This document shows, piece after piece, positions 12,841-23,814 of a stretch of DNA of 64,000 nucleotides. The first letter of the stretch is position 1, and each line of letters begins with the position of its first letter. The notes below the pieces were generated by a model, which made no database searches, was not told the DNA's origin, and worked only from the letters and a program-made list of their open reading frames with translations. A program made the position numbers and the translations under genes. Origin of the DNA: Octopus sinensis (taxonomy: Eukaryota); assembly GCF_006345805.1 (NCBI RefSeq), contig NC_042998.1:54312001-54376000 (forward strand), written 5' to 3'.

Positions 12841-12964
12841 AGTGAAACCGAGTAGCAACACCAAATGGCGGTGCCCCAGCATGGCCACAGCTCATAGGCT
12901 GAAACTAGAATCAATCAATCAATCAATCAATCATAAAATAAACATGACAAAGATAAAGACAAAC

Positions 12965-13835
12965 ATTTTGCATCTGCCACACACAAAAACTATCTTCCTA
13001 GTTAACCTTCCTTTGATATTTCTACATCTTTTATGTGTCCATAACTTACAGTGGGTACATCATATGCAGTTTCTACCCATGCTTTTTCTACAGATCGAGC
13101 AGGGCCATCTACCTGAAGGGGTTTGTGTTTTGACAGCCTTCCTACTTACTAAGACTTTGGTTTTTGTTAGGTTAACTCTAAGACCCTTCGATTCTAGACC
13201 TAGCTTCCACACCCTGAACTTCTAGAGATGAAGTTCAGGGTGTGGAAGCTAGGTCTAGAATCGCAGTGACTGGCTATTAGAGTAAGGTCATCAGCATAGA
13301 GGATCTCTCAGGGGCAACCTGTCTTGAATTCCTTTGTTATTACCTGGAGGACTATAATGAATAAGAGGGGGCTGAGCACTGATCTTTCTACTTGGAATTC
13401 TTCACCATACTCATAGCCAACACTCACCTTACTGACAGCATCCCTGTACAGCTTTTACCAGCCACTTGTCTATCCCCAGTTTCCACATTGACCACCAGAT
13501 AAGGGATCAGGGGATCCTGTCAAAGGCTTTCTCCAAGTCAACAAAAGCCAAGTACAGAGGTTTATTTTTGGCTACATATTTCTCCTGCAGTTGCCTTATC
13601 AGAGCCCTAATTAGTTGGGCTATAACCTTCTCTGTAACTTTCATCACCTGATCCAATAATTTGATACCCCTGTAAGTTATTTCTATCTAAAGCATCACCT
13701 TTACCCTTGTAGCAGTTGACTATGGTACTGCTACACCAGTCATTGGGTATGACTCCTTCATGAACTACCTGATTTACAATGCGGGTGACAAGACCATAAC
13801 CTACACCACTCAATATTTTAAGTATTTCAGTGGTG
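12965..13835 (-). mobile_element. Decayed RTE-clade LINE fragment (RT and C-terminal Cys-rich region)
   Basis: Minus-strand motifs VNCYKGKGDALDR, VDLEKAFDRIP, SVLSPLLF, LYADDL, GLESKGLRVNLTKTKV, WPCSICRK, KLWTHKRC, FVCGRC, with many stops and indels. Confidence 0.88.
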
Positions 13836-14671
13836 ACTTTGCCCTTCATTCTTTCGGGGTCAATAAATTGAGTACCAGTTACGCACTGCGGTCAATGTAA
13901 TCGACTTAATCCCTTTGTCTGTCCTTGTTTGTCCTCTCTGTGTTTAGCTCCTTGTGGACAATAAAGAAATAAGAATCATTGCCAGATCAGATTAGAGTCT
14001 GGTGCAGCCACTGGCTCTCCAGACCTCAGTCAAACAGTCCAACCCATGCCAACATGGAAAACAAATGTTAAATGATGATGATGGAGATGATTTTGCGTGA
14101 CAAAAACAAACATTTTGCATTACAGACAAATCAAACTTGTAATTTGCCTCATAATACTTGTGGACAAACTACTCTTCACTTCAAAAACAGTTATCGTCAA
14201 AACAACAGAAGCAGCAATTACAATTTAATTATTCTGATATTAATGCTCACTTCATTTCTGTAATCTCAACAACTGACAATGTAATACCATTTTCAAACAT
14301 CTTCAGCTTAAATTTCACAAACAACTCAAAAATAATTGTTACAACAGAAGGCTTCTTGTGGTGGCTACCAATGAACAAATTCAGTTAAAAAAGCTACATG
14401 GTACTACAGCAATAAAGTTTTAGAGTCTTTCAAATTAATCCTTGCTTGCTTCTTTTTAATCACTTGAGAATAGCCATTAATTAGTTGGGTTCACCTTTTC
14501 TTCAAGAGAAAGGGTGTATGTATAGTCGCTCCAGACTGTAATCCTACATGATATAGTATTTTTATATACTATATAATATAGTATCCTTATATACGTCACT
14601 ATATAGCCATCAACCTTCTAATCTAAAGGAAATTGTCTCTAGACATCTGTATTTCATGGCAAAGAAAAATA

Positions 14672-15949
14672 TCAGATCATTAAGAATGAAATGTTTGATT
14701 TTCTTATGCACCAAGTTTGACAGGTATTAACTTTAATGTTTTTATCCTGACAATTCTTTGTTTTACAACAGTGAAGACTTACATCATCACTTTTTGAAAT
14801 GCACTTCACAGTGTCTGATTATCGTGTGAGTTTTCTCTTGTAAATCAATTTTTGTGAACCCATGGATAGATCAAAAATTCGTTAACGAATATGAGTTATG
14901 TCATGGAATGAATGCATCCCAGACAGCTTGAAACATCAATGAGTGCTTGGTGGACATGTGGCAAAGAGCACACTGTATGTCGATGGTTTGAGAAGTTCCA
15001 GTCTGGTGACTTTACTCTTGAAAATCAACCCTGTGGTAGACCTGACACTAAGGTGGATAATGATAAGCTGGAAACTGTAGTAGAAGCGGATACATCTCAA
15101 ACTACATGTGAGTTAGCAGCAAGGTTTGATGTTTTGATTCCAACTGTATTGGACCATCTGAAACAAAATGGCAAGGTAAAGAAACTGAACAAATGGGTAC
15201 CACATGAACTGAACAAGCATCAAATGACACGTTGGCTTGAAACTTGCAGTTCATTGCTGTCACAGCATAAATGCAAAATATCTTTGCATCATATTGTCAT
15301 GTGTGATGAAAAATGAATTCTTTTCAACAATAGTAACCATATGCATGGTGGTTAGATAGAGGTAAAGTGCCAAAACACAATCCAAAAAAGAATATTCACT
15401 AAAAAAAGCTAATGGTGTCTGTTTGGTGGTCCAGTGCTGGTGTCATCCACTACAGATTCGTGAGACCTGGTAAGTCAATAACAGCAGATGTATATATCAA
15501 CCAACTAGATGAAATGATCAGTGAACTTGCAATTAAACAACTGAGATTGGTCAATAGAGACAGGCCAATTCTTTTGTAAGACAATGCTTGACCACATGTT
15601 GCACAAAGAACACTACTGACATTAAAAGAACTGAACTCTGAAGTACTCTGTCATCCAACATATTCACCAGACCTTGCACCAACTGACTATCATGCTTTCC
15701 ACATATTAGACAACTTTTTGTGAGGAAAAAACTTCAAATCTGAAGAAGATGCAAAAGCAGCCTTTCATGATTTCATCACCTCTTGCTCTTCAGAATTCTT
15801 TGCTGCCAGCAAAAATGAGCTACTGGTAAAATGGCAAAATTGCATTGATAATTTAGGTGCATACTTTGGTTAACTACATTGCTTTTTGTTGAGATAAAGT
15901 AAAATAAACTTTCAGTTCAAAGTCAGATATTTCATTCTTAATGACCTGA
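14672..15949 (+). mobile_element. Full-length decayed mariner transposon (1278 bp)
   Basis: About 28-bp TIRs (tcagatcattaagaatgaaatg / atttcattcttaatgacctga) flanked by TA. Transposase remnants WVPHEL, IVMCDEK, DNA.PH, YSPDLAPTDYH, with stops. Confidence 0.92.
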
Positions 15950-16344
15950 TAAATACATTTCAAATTCTAAAAACATATTATGCATATTGATGTAAAATTT
16001 TTGTCCAAGGCCTGTAATTTGGGGGGAGGGGTAAGTGAATTACATTCACCCCAGTACTCAACTGGTGCCAGCTCATTGCCTTCACATATTACACATATTA
16101 ACAAGTAATTTACATAGTTGTGTATGGCAGTGAGCTGGCAGAATTGTCAGAACACCAGGCAAATTGCTTAGTGGCATTTCATCCATCTTTTATGTCCTGA
16201 GTGCAAATTCTACCAAGGTTGACATTGTCTTTCATCCTTTCAAGCTTTTATATAACAAGCATCAGTTGAGCACTGGGGTTGATGTAATCGATTTAACCCC
16301 TGCTGCAAACTTGCTGGCCTAGTACCAAAATTTGAAACCTGTTT

Positions 16345-16376
<32 letters not shown>

Positions 16377-16418
16377 GTAGGTATATTTCAGTATATACAT
16401 ATACATATTTATTTCCAT

Positions 16419-16760
16419 TGGCTGTGTGGTTAAGAAGCTTGGTTCCCAGCCATGTGGCCCTGGGTTTAGTCCCACTGTGTGGTATCTTGAGCAAGTGTCT
16501 TCTACTATATCTGGGACCAACCAAAGCCTTGTGAATGGATTTGGTGAACGGAAACTCAAAGGAACACCTTGTATATGTGTAGAGGGTGGGAGTAGGAGGT
16601 AACCCACATTGGTTTGTTTATGTCCCCATAACTTAGCAATTTGGCTATAGAATAAGCGTCAAACTTAAAAAATAAGTACTGGGGTCAATTTTTCAACTAA
16701 CCCCTTCAAGATGTTGTCCCAGTATGGCTGCAGTTCAATGACTGAAACAAGTAAAAGACT
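16419..16760 (+). mobile_element. SINE family A
   Basis: ggctgtgtggttaagaagcttg...gggtttagtcccactg head and ...gactgaaacaagtaaaaga tail. Confidence 0.8.
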
Positions 16761-17435
16761 AGAGATATGCAGGCAAGAACATTTTCTTTACTCAGCACGA
16801 TTTGGTCAATCACTTCTCCAATGCAGTACAAAACTGCTCTTAGTCACAGATGGCAAAATGCTTCAGAACAGCTGAAACAAAATCACTGATCAAATGGAAA
16901 ACATTTCAAAGTGAAACTTCACTCTGTAATTTCAGGAGCGATAAAAACAAGCGTAACTTCATCCAAATGATACAAACTTCACCGTTTTTCTTTTTGTTTT
17001 TTTTCTGTTTTTTTTTTCTATAGAATATTTTATCATATCGACTATAATCTGTAAAAAGGTAAAATCTCCCTTCAGTCATGAATAACAGTGGGATTGCACC
17101 TACAAAGTTACCCTCCAAGGCACAAGTCTGAGCAAGGCTGTTTATGAAAGATGCTCATGCATACCATGCAGTCAACCATGCATACTAGTCTCTCCTCACT
17201 ATGCTACTACTGTTATCCAAGGGAAAGGCAAAGGCTGATACAGCTTGGCACCAGTGACATCACAACTCATTTCTACAGTTCAGTGAACTGGTGCAAAATG
17301 AAATAAAGTGTCTTGCTCAAGAACACAACACGCAGCCAAGTCCAGGAGTTGAACTCACTACCTCAAGGTTATGAGCCCAATGCTCTAACCACTGAGCTAT
17401 GATTTATTATTAGTGCATCTGATGTCCTTCAGAAG

Positions 17436-17666
17436 CTGGGCCAGATTTAGATCTAGAGGGGCCTCTATGATTTTGCAGGACTGATAAATCAAAAGAGAAC
17501 TGAATATTTTTTTTTTTAAATTTAAACAAGTAAAAAAATTTGCAAATCATTTATTTGAGTGCTGTAAATATATTAAAAAATTTTTAACACCAAATTTTAG
17601 GCTTCTCTGAGTTAAAAGGGCCTCTGGGTCATGGTTCATATTGGCTTATACATAAATCTGTCCCTG
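17436..17666. mobile_element. hAT-type MITE
   Basis: Termini ctgggccagattta / taaatctgtccctg resemble CAGGGCCGGATTTA-type TIRs. The 8-bp flanks ttcagaag / ctcataac match 5/8 (possible decayed TSD). Confidence 0.55.
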
Positions 17667-17679
17667 CTCATAACATCCA

Positions 17680-18060
17680 TGAATGAAGAAGTTTGCTTCC
17701 CAACCACATAGTTCTGGGTTCAGTCCCACAGCATGACACCATGAGCAAGTGTCTTCTACTACATCCTCGGGCTGACCAAAGCCTTGTGAGTGGATTTGGT
17801 AGATGGAAACTGAAAGAATCCCATCATATATATATGTATGTATGTATGTATGTATATATTTATGTGTGTCTTTGTGTCTGTGTTTGTCACCCCACCCCAT
17901 CATTGCTTGATAATTGATGTTCATGTGTTTACATCCTCGGCAAAAGAGACTGATAGAATAAGTACCAGGCTTACAAAGAATAAGTCCTGGAGTCGATTTC
18001 TTAGACTAAAATGCGATGCTCCAGTATGGCTGCTTTCAAATGACTGAAACAAGTAAAAGA
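17680..18060 (+). mobile_element. SINE family A
   Basis: Same head, body and tail as other copies; ends about 85 nt from the KATNIP-like exon donor. Confidence 0.8.
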
Positions 18061-18146
18061 ACAAAAGGTAAAGAATAACAGAAGAAATCTTTTTGAAACT
18101 ATCCCAACGAAAAAAGAAAACAAAAAAAATTAATAAAATTGATTAC

Positions 18147-18319
18147 CTTCTATCTTTGACAGCATTAGGACTCTTAGAACCAAATGAGAGATGACCAGTT
18201 GATGAAAAGGAAATTTCCTGGCCAAAATCAAATGGACAGCTGCCTAAACCTTTTCTTAGCAAATAACCATCAGGAGGAGAAATTGTGTGACCGTCAATCT
18301 CAACATGGACGATTTTAGC
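18147..18319 (-). CDS. KATNIP: Internal coding exon of a katanin-interacting protein (KATNIP/KIAA0556, DUF4457 repeat) homolog
   Basis: Acceptor ttattttttag-type tract and donor AG|gtaatc. Open frame AKIVHVEIDGHTISPPDGYLLRKGLGSCPFDFGQEISFSSTGHLSFGSKSPNAVKDR closely matches the human KATNIP segment AKIVHVSLDGLCVSPPEGFLIRKGPGNCHFDFAQEILF (recalled from memory, not searched). 173 nt, phase 0 to phase 2. Confidence 0.8.
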
Positions 18320-18393
18320 CTAAAAATAATCAAATCACAACAACAAAATTAAAATAAGTGTCAAATAACGAGAACTTACGAACAAATAAATTA

Positions 18394-19635
18394 TTAGGTT
18401 GGCAACTAAGTTCTCGCCATTTTTTTAAATTTAAATTTTTGAAAAGGTTTAATAAAAAGTAACAACTAATTAATCAATAATGTATGACCCTTGTTGTTTA
18501 CAACTTCTTTCCAACGTTCAAAAAGATTTTCAATACCTCATTGGTAGAAATCACCCAAGTTCAACTCGAAAAATTGATCCAACCAAGCTCTCAATGCTGC
18601 ATCAGAATTGAACAAAACTCTGCGCATAGCATTTGAAAGAGATGGAAATCCATTGGTGTCAAATCAAGTGAGTAAGGCTGGTGTGGCCGCACTTCCCAGC
18701 CATGCATTTGAATGGTTTCCTTGGTGATATTGGTGATATGAAGGCAAGCATTGTCGTGCAACAGAAGAACTCCATGCTGCCGATTAGGTCTTTTCTCTAG
18801 AATAACCGTGTTGAGTCATTCCATCTGTTGGACATAGAGTTCCACGTTGACGGTTTGGTTCTGTTCAAGCAATTCATAATGGATAATCCCTTCCCAGTCC
18901 CACCATACACACAACATCGTTTTATGCAGATGAAGATCTTGTTTCATGCACGATGTCACTTGCTTATCAGAGCTAAGCCATTCTTTACACTGCTTGATAT
19001 TGATGTACAGGCACCATTTTTCATCACCAGTAACAATTCGGTAAAGAAATCATTGCTTGTGTCCATGAGTTGAGTGGTGATGAGCAAGCAAACCAGCGGA
19101 GATTGTGCCTCGTTGGCTTTTGTTGTTGTCACTTAAAGCATGCGGAATCTATGTTCCATACTTCTGAACCTTTCCCATCGAGTGAAGATACTTCACTATA
19201 GCAGTGTGGGAGCATTCCATTTTCTCTGCTAGTTCCCTTGCTGTTTGAGAATTTTTGTGCAAAAGTTGGTTTAATCGCTCTTCATCGAACTCAACTGGAT
19301 GGCCAGAACAAGGGGCATCTTTGAGGTCAAAATTTCCATTTTTGGACTTGGTTCTTCAGCTATGGCACCCTCTTCATACACAGCACAAATGTTGTGAGCA
19401 GCTTTTGCAGCCTTAGAACCTTGATTAAAAGCAATTAGAAGGGGGGTGTCGAAAATGCTCCTTTTTCTTAACTTGACATTCCATTTTAATGATATGTAAA
19501 TAAACAAAAATTAACTAAAATTAACTAGAAAAAAACAAAACAAAATAGATTCCAAAATGATTCAAAAATAGAATTCTCAATAAAAATAGATTCCAAATTT
19601 TTTTTTAAATGGTGGGGACTTAGTTGCCAACCCAA
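18394..19635 (-). mobile_element. Full-length decayed mariner transposon (second subfamily)
   Basis: TIRs ttaggttggcaactaagttctcgcc / ggtggggacttagttgccaacccaa flanked by TA. Minus-strand TGDEKW and PYSLDLTPMDFHLF motifs. Confidence 0.9.
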
Positions 19636-20640
19636 TATATCAACCAAAATAAAAAAAAAAAAATAAATAAATGAGTATATCAACTGAAAAAAACAACATA
19701 CTTTTTTATTTTATTTCATTTTATGATTTTATAGAATCCTTATTTGTGTTTCTTCAAAATTTAACCTGCTGTTTATTTAGAAATATGTATTGATCATATA
19801 ACTTTTTTAATCAAAATGGCAGCAAGTTTAAATTTACTCACAACAAAAATTAAGTTAAAAACAGCTGATTAAAACCGACTTTTGATTATTTACCTGTAAA
19901 AGAATAATTATCAAGGGTTATAGATAAATCTATTTTCAGACATAAAACATTCTGCAACAGAAGATTATACTTCAAGATATTTAAAATGCCAACAATGCAG
20001 ATGATGCAGCCAACATCACCACCACAACTACCACCTCCATCATTATTACTGCATTTACTTGCATACAGGTATACAGGTTGTCATAGTAGTATATATATGT
20101 AGTGTAACCATTCAAACATTATAATTATCTTTCCAAATCCTGTGCATTTGACAATTTTTGATTCTCCATAATCATCTTACTGTATAAGTCAACCTACCTT
20201 TTTTAGCTGTAAATTTTGGTTTGAAAAATTCTATCTGTATATCTGAAAATGCAGTATTATTGTTTCACATTTGCTTTTCACACTGACAGCAGTTAGATAA
20301 GGTGACATGGTAGAATCAGTTCTAATTTGAAGTGACCATGTTTTGCTTTTACATTACATTTTGGCTCAGTTTCTACAGCTTGGTTTCATTCTTAATATGA
20401 ACCACTATTCAGAGTATACCATGTACATTTATCATGGTACCAGTGCCAGAGAAGTCGACATGACCTTGATACAGCTTAAGGGTCCTCGTAATCCTATGTT
20501 ATCTCCATTCACTTGACAAAGGGTACTGGATGCATTTCAGTATAACAACAACACCAGCATTAGTGAGGTTGCCTTGTAAGTAGCCATTCTATCATGTATG
20601 ATGCTTGTCAAATTGGTACTAGTATTTTGGTATACTCTTA

Positions 20641-21056
20641 CTCTTTTATTTGTTTCAGTCATTTGACTGTGGCCATGCTGGAGCACTGCCTTTAGTCGAG
20701 CAAATCGACCCCAGAACTTATTCTTTGTAAGCCTAGTACTTATTCTATCGGTCTCTTTTGCCGAACCGCAAAGTTACGGGGACATAAACACACCAGCATC
20801 GGTTCTCAAGCGATGTTGGGGAGACAAACACAGACACACAAACATATACACACACATACATACATACATATACATATATATATATACATACATATATATG
20901 ACGGGCTTCTTTCAGTTTCCGTCTACCAAATCCACTCACAAGGCTTTGGTCAGCCTGTGACTATAGTAGAAGACACTTGCCCAAGGTGCCACACAGTGGG
21001 ACTGAACCCGGAACCATGTGGTTCATAAGCAAGCTACTTACCACACAGCCTATGCC
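20641..21056 (-). mobile_element. SINE family A
   Basis: Well-preserved copy with a (CA/TA) microsatellite in the central slot. Confidence 0.85.
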
Positions 21057-21769
21057 TATTATTATAGATAACAATAATATATATTTCAATGTTAAGATAT
21101 TTTCAATATCTTAATATTGTGTTTATCTTCACTGCAGTTAGATTGAAAGGTCTCTGGTGATTTGTTAATTTAAATATCTCAAGATACATTTGTGTTTCAT
21201 AAAGCAGCTTCTCAGTTTCACTTATTTCACTAATTCCATTGAGCAAGTCAGTTAATTTCTGTTGCTTAATGCAGAAATAATTAATCATTCTACAACAATT
21301 TTAACCACATCACACTCAAGTGCACTTGATATAAGTGAAATATGAATTACAACCAGAAAGTATATTACAAACAATCCAAAGAGAACATTCTGACAAATGC
21401 TGGTTTATATTACAATGTGTTCACAGGAGAGATAATGCATTTGTGAAACTGACTGATAGAAATAACTGAAGTATATGAATTGAACAAAGAAGATGCAGTT
21501 AAATCCATATCAGAAACAAATATGTTAAGATGAACAAAAATAAATAAATATTAGATATGCTTCCATGAATAGTAAGAACAAGCTAGATATCCTTCCAGAA
21601 TCAAGCAATCATCCGTAACACTTAATTTTGTCTAACAAATAAATTCTTATTCAAGAACATTCAACCACTTTAGGTTCTGACAATAGACTTCATCAACTGT
21701 TCATATATGAAATACCAAACTGAATATAAGTACTGGGGTTGGAAGCAGTGTCCCAGGATGGTCATAGAC

Positions 21770-22060
21770 CAATGGATGAAACCATTACTTCAAGAGAGGG
21801 TCGTGCTATAGTTCTTGATATATCCAAAACCTCTGATAGAGGTTGGTATGCTGGTTTGCTCCATAATCTCACTGCCTATGGTGTACGTGGAGAGGTCTTT
21901 CAGATTATCAGGTCACCCCTTTCTGGTCATTGCATGTGTGTGTGTAACTCTGGATGGCGCTACTTCTTCTGAATATTCCATTAAAGCTGGCATTCCTCAG
22001 GGCTCTATTTTTGGTCTAATTCTATTTCTCCTCTACATCAATGACCTTCCTGCAAGTCTC
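21770..22060 (+). mobile_element. Decayed CR1/Jockey-like LINE RT fragment
   Basis: Frameshifted remnants LDISKT.DR.W..GLLH.L and IKAGIPQGSIFGLILFLLYINDLP. Confidence 0.75.
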
Positions 22061-22642
22061 TAATTTAACTGGTCCCTCTCTTGCTTCAACTCTGCAACCC
22101 TTATCCCATTGATATGGCATCGCCAGTCTTAATTTCTTCTGTTGTTATTTCCAGAGGAAGTGCTTTGGTAAACTTTCTCTCTTAGTTCCAGATCAATTTG
22201 TGCCATCTTACCTGACTTGAAACTCATAGCATCTTCATCCAAATGCTGTTTGGGTTTCACAAACAAGAAACTCTTTCTATAGTCATAGCTTGTTTTCCTT
22301 GAACTGCCAGACCTTGGAATTTTCATAGTAGCATGTTTCCATGTAACGTACCATACACACAGACACACATATGTACACACAAATCTACAGACATCCATAC
22401 ACAATACCAATTCCAGTGTAAACAGTTTCTTTAAAAAGTTACAGCAGATTTAGCTTTGCAGCAAAAACAAACAAGAAAGATACATTTGATGTTACTCTTA
22501 GAATTTACTAATCACTTTACTGATTGATTTGAAATTGCTTCTGCTTTCAGAATATTACAATTTCTCTTACACAGCCTTTTATGAGCTTCTGCAATAAGAT
22601 ATTCCTGTAAAGTCTCTATATTTCTCCTAATAACATTCTGTA

Positions 22643-23185
22643 TAGGCGCAAGCATGGCTGTTCGGTAAGAAATTTGCTTCCAACACATATTGTTTCAGGT
22701 TCAATCCCAGTGTGTGGTACCTTAAGCAAGTGTCTTCTACTCAACTACTATTCTTTTGGCTGACCAAAGTCTTATAAGCGAATTTGGTAGATGGAAACTG
22801 AAAGAGATGCATCAAGTATGTATGTATTTATGTATGCATGCATGCATGTATGTACATGTGTGTGTATGTGTTTGTATGTATGTGTGTGTTTGTATAAACA
22901 TGCATGTGTGCATGCGTGTGTGTGTCTATGTATGTATACATGTGCATGTGTGTCTATGTTATTGTTTGTCCACCACCACTACCACCACTTGATAAACCGG
23001 TGTCAGTTTGTTTACATCTCCATAGCTTAGTTTGACAAAAAAAAAAGAGAGCAGTGGAGTAAGTATCAGGCATTAAAAAAAATTGAGCTGGGGCCAATTT
23101 GCTTGACTAAATTTTGACTAAAACTTTAAAAGTGGAGCTCCAGCACTGCCACAGCCCAATAACTGAAACAAGTGAAAAATAAAAG
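22643..23185 (+). mobile_element. SINE family A
   Basis: ggcgcaagcatggctg head, expanded (TG/TA) centre, gactaaa...ccagcactgccacag...ctgaaacaag tail. Confidence 0.75.
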
Positions 23186-23629
23186 AAATATAATATATAT
23201 GACACTCTTATAGTCAATTGTGAAGGCACATGGCTTCGTGGTTAGGGTATTCAGCTCATGATGGTAAAGTCATGAGTTCAATTCCTGGCAATGCATTGTG
23301 TCCTTGAGCAAGACACTTTATTTCACATTACTCCAGTTCATTCAACTGGCAAAGATGAGCAGTACCTGAATTTCAAAGGGTCGGCCTTGACACACTCTGT
23401 GTGTCTCCCTGAATTTCCCTGAGAATTACATAAAGGGTACACATGTCTGTGGAGTGCTCAGTCACATGCATGTTAATTTCACGAGCAGAATGTTCTGTTG
23501 ATCGGATAAACTTGAACCCTTGTTGTTGTAACCGATGGAGTGGTAATTAATTATATTCAATTACTGTACCATCACTGTTAAATCTTGTAAGATACTAAAA
23601 TGGATTAGGTTTGTGTTTGAATGAGTCTA

Positions 23630-23814
23630 GGACATTTACACCCTAAGGACAATAACTCCCCATGGACAATAACACCCCCAAGGACAATTACTCCTGAGGA
23701 CAGCAAGATGATGATCTAAAACTTCTAAATATATTGAAGGGGGTAATTAACCAAAGGGAATAATTGTCCTGAGGGTAGTTGTTGGGGGGGAATTGTCTGG
23801 AGGGGTAATTGTCC
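23630..23814. mobile_element. MITE-like element with subterminal tandem motifs
   Basis: Four ggaca(a/t)t(a/t)ac.cc motifs on the left, mirrored by inverted ggg.taattgtcc motifs on the right. Confidence 0.6.

Larger units (their letters stand above)
7790..12933 (+). mobile_element. Near full-length non-LTR retrotransposon (LINE, CR1/L2 group); 5' boundary uncertain
   Basis: ORF1, then an APE+RT ORF2, a short 3' UTR and an (ATCA)n tail at 12910-12933. No TSD found by eye. Including the upstream array in the element is an inference. Confidence 0.9.

Noticed and set aside
13030-13095. Apparent exon VDGPARSVEKAWVETAYDVPT resembling KATNIP DYEAP
   Set aside because: Another frame is the RTE C-terminal WPCSICRK...LWTHKRC region, so this is TE sequence.
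16789-16871. Candidate next KATNIP exon with good splice sites
   Set aside because: All three frames hit stops, and there is no similarity to the expected DYE.P.MP.G segment.
21334-21710. Protein-like broken plus-strand frame (KYELQPESILQ...)
   Set aside because: Multiple stops and no recognisable family; cannot be distinguished from noise without a search.
19893-22330. Several short minus-strand open frames with donor/acceptor-like ends (NVLCLKID..., IQIEFFKP..., KLTDLLNG..., KIPRSGSS...)
   Set aside because: Phases do not chain to the KATNIP-like exon and no conserved motifs are recognisable.
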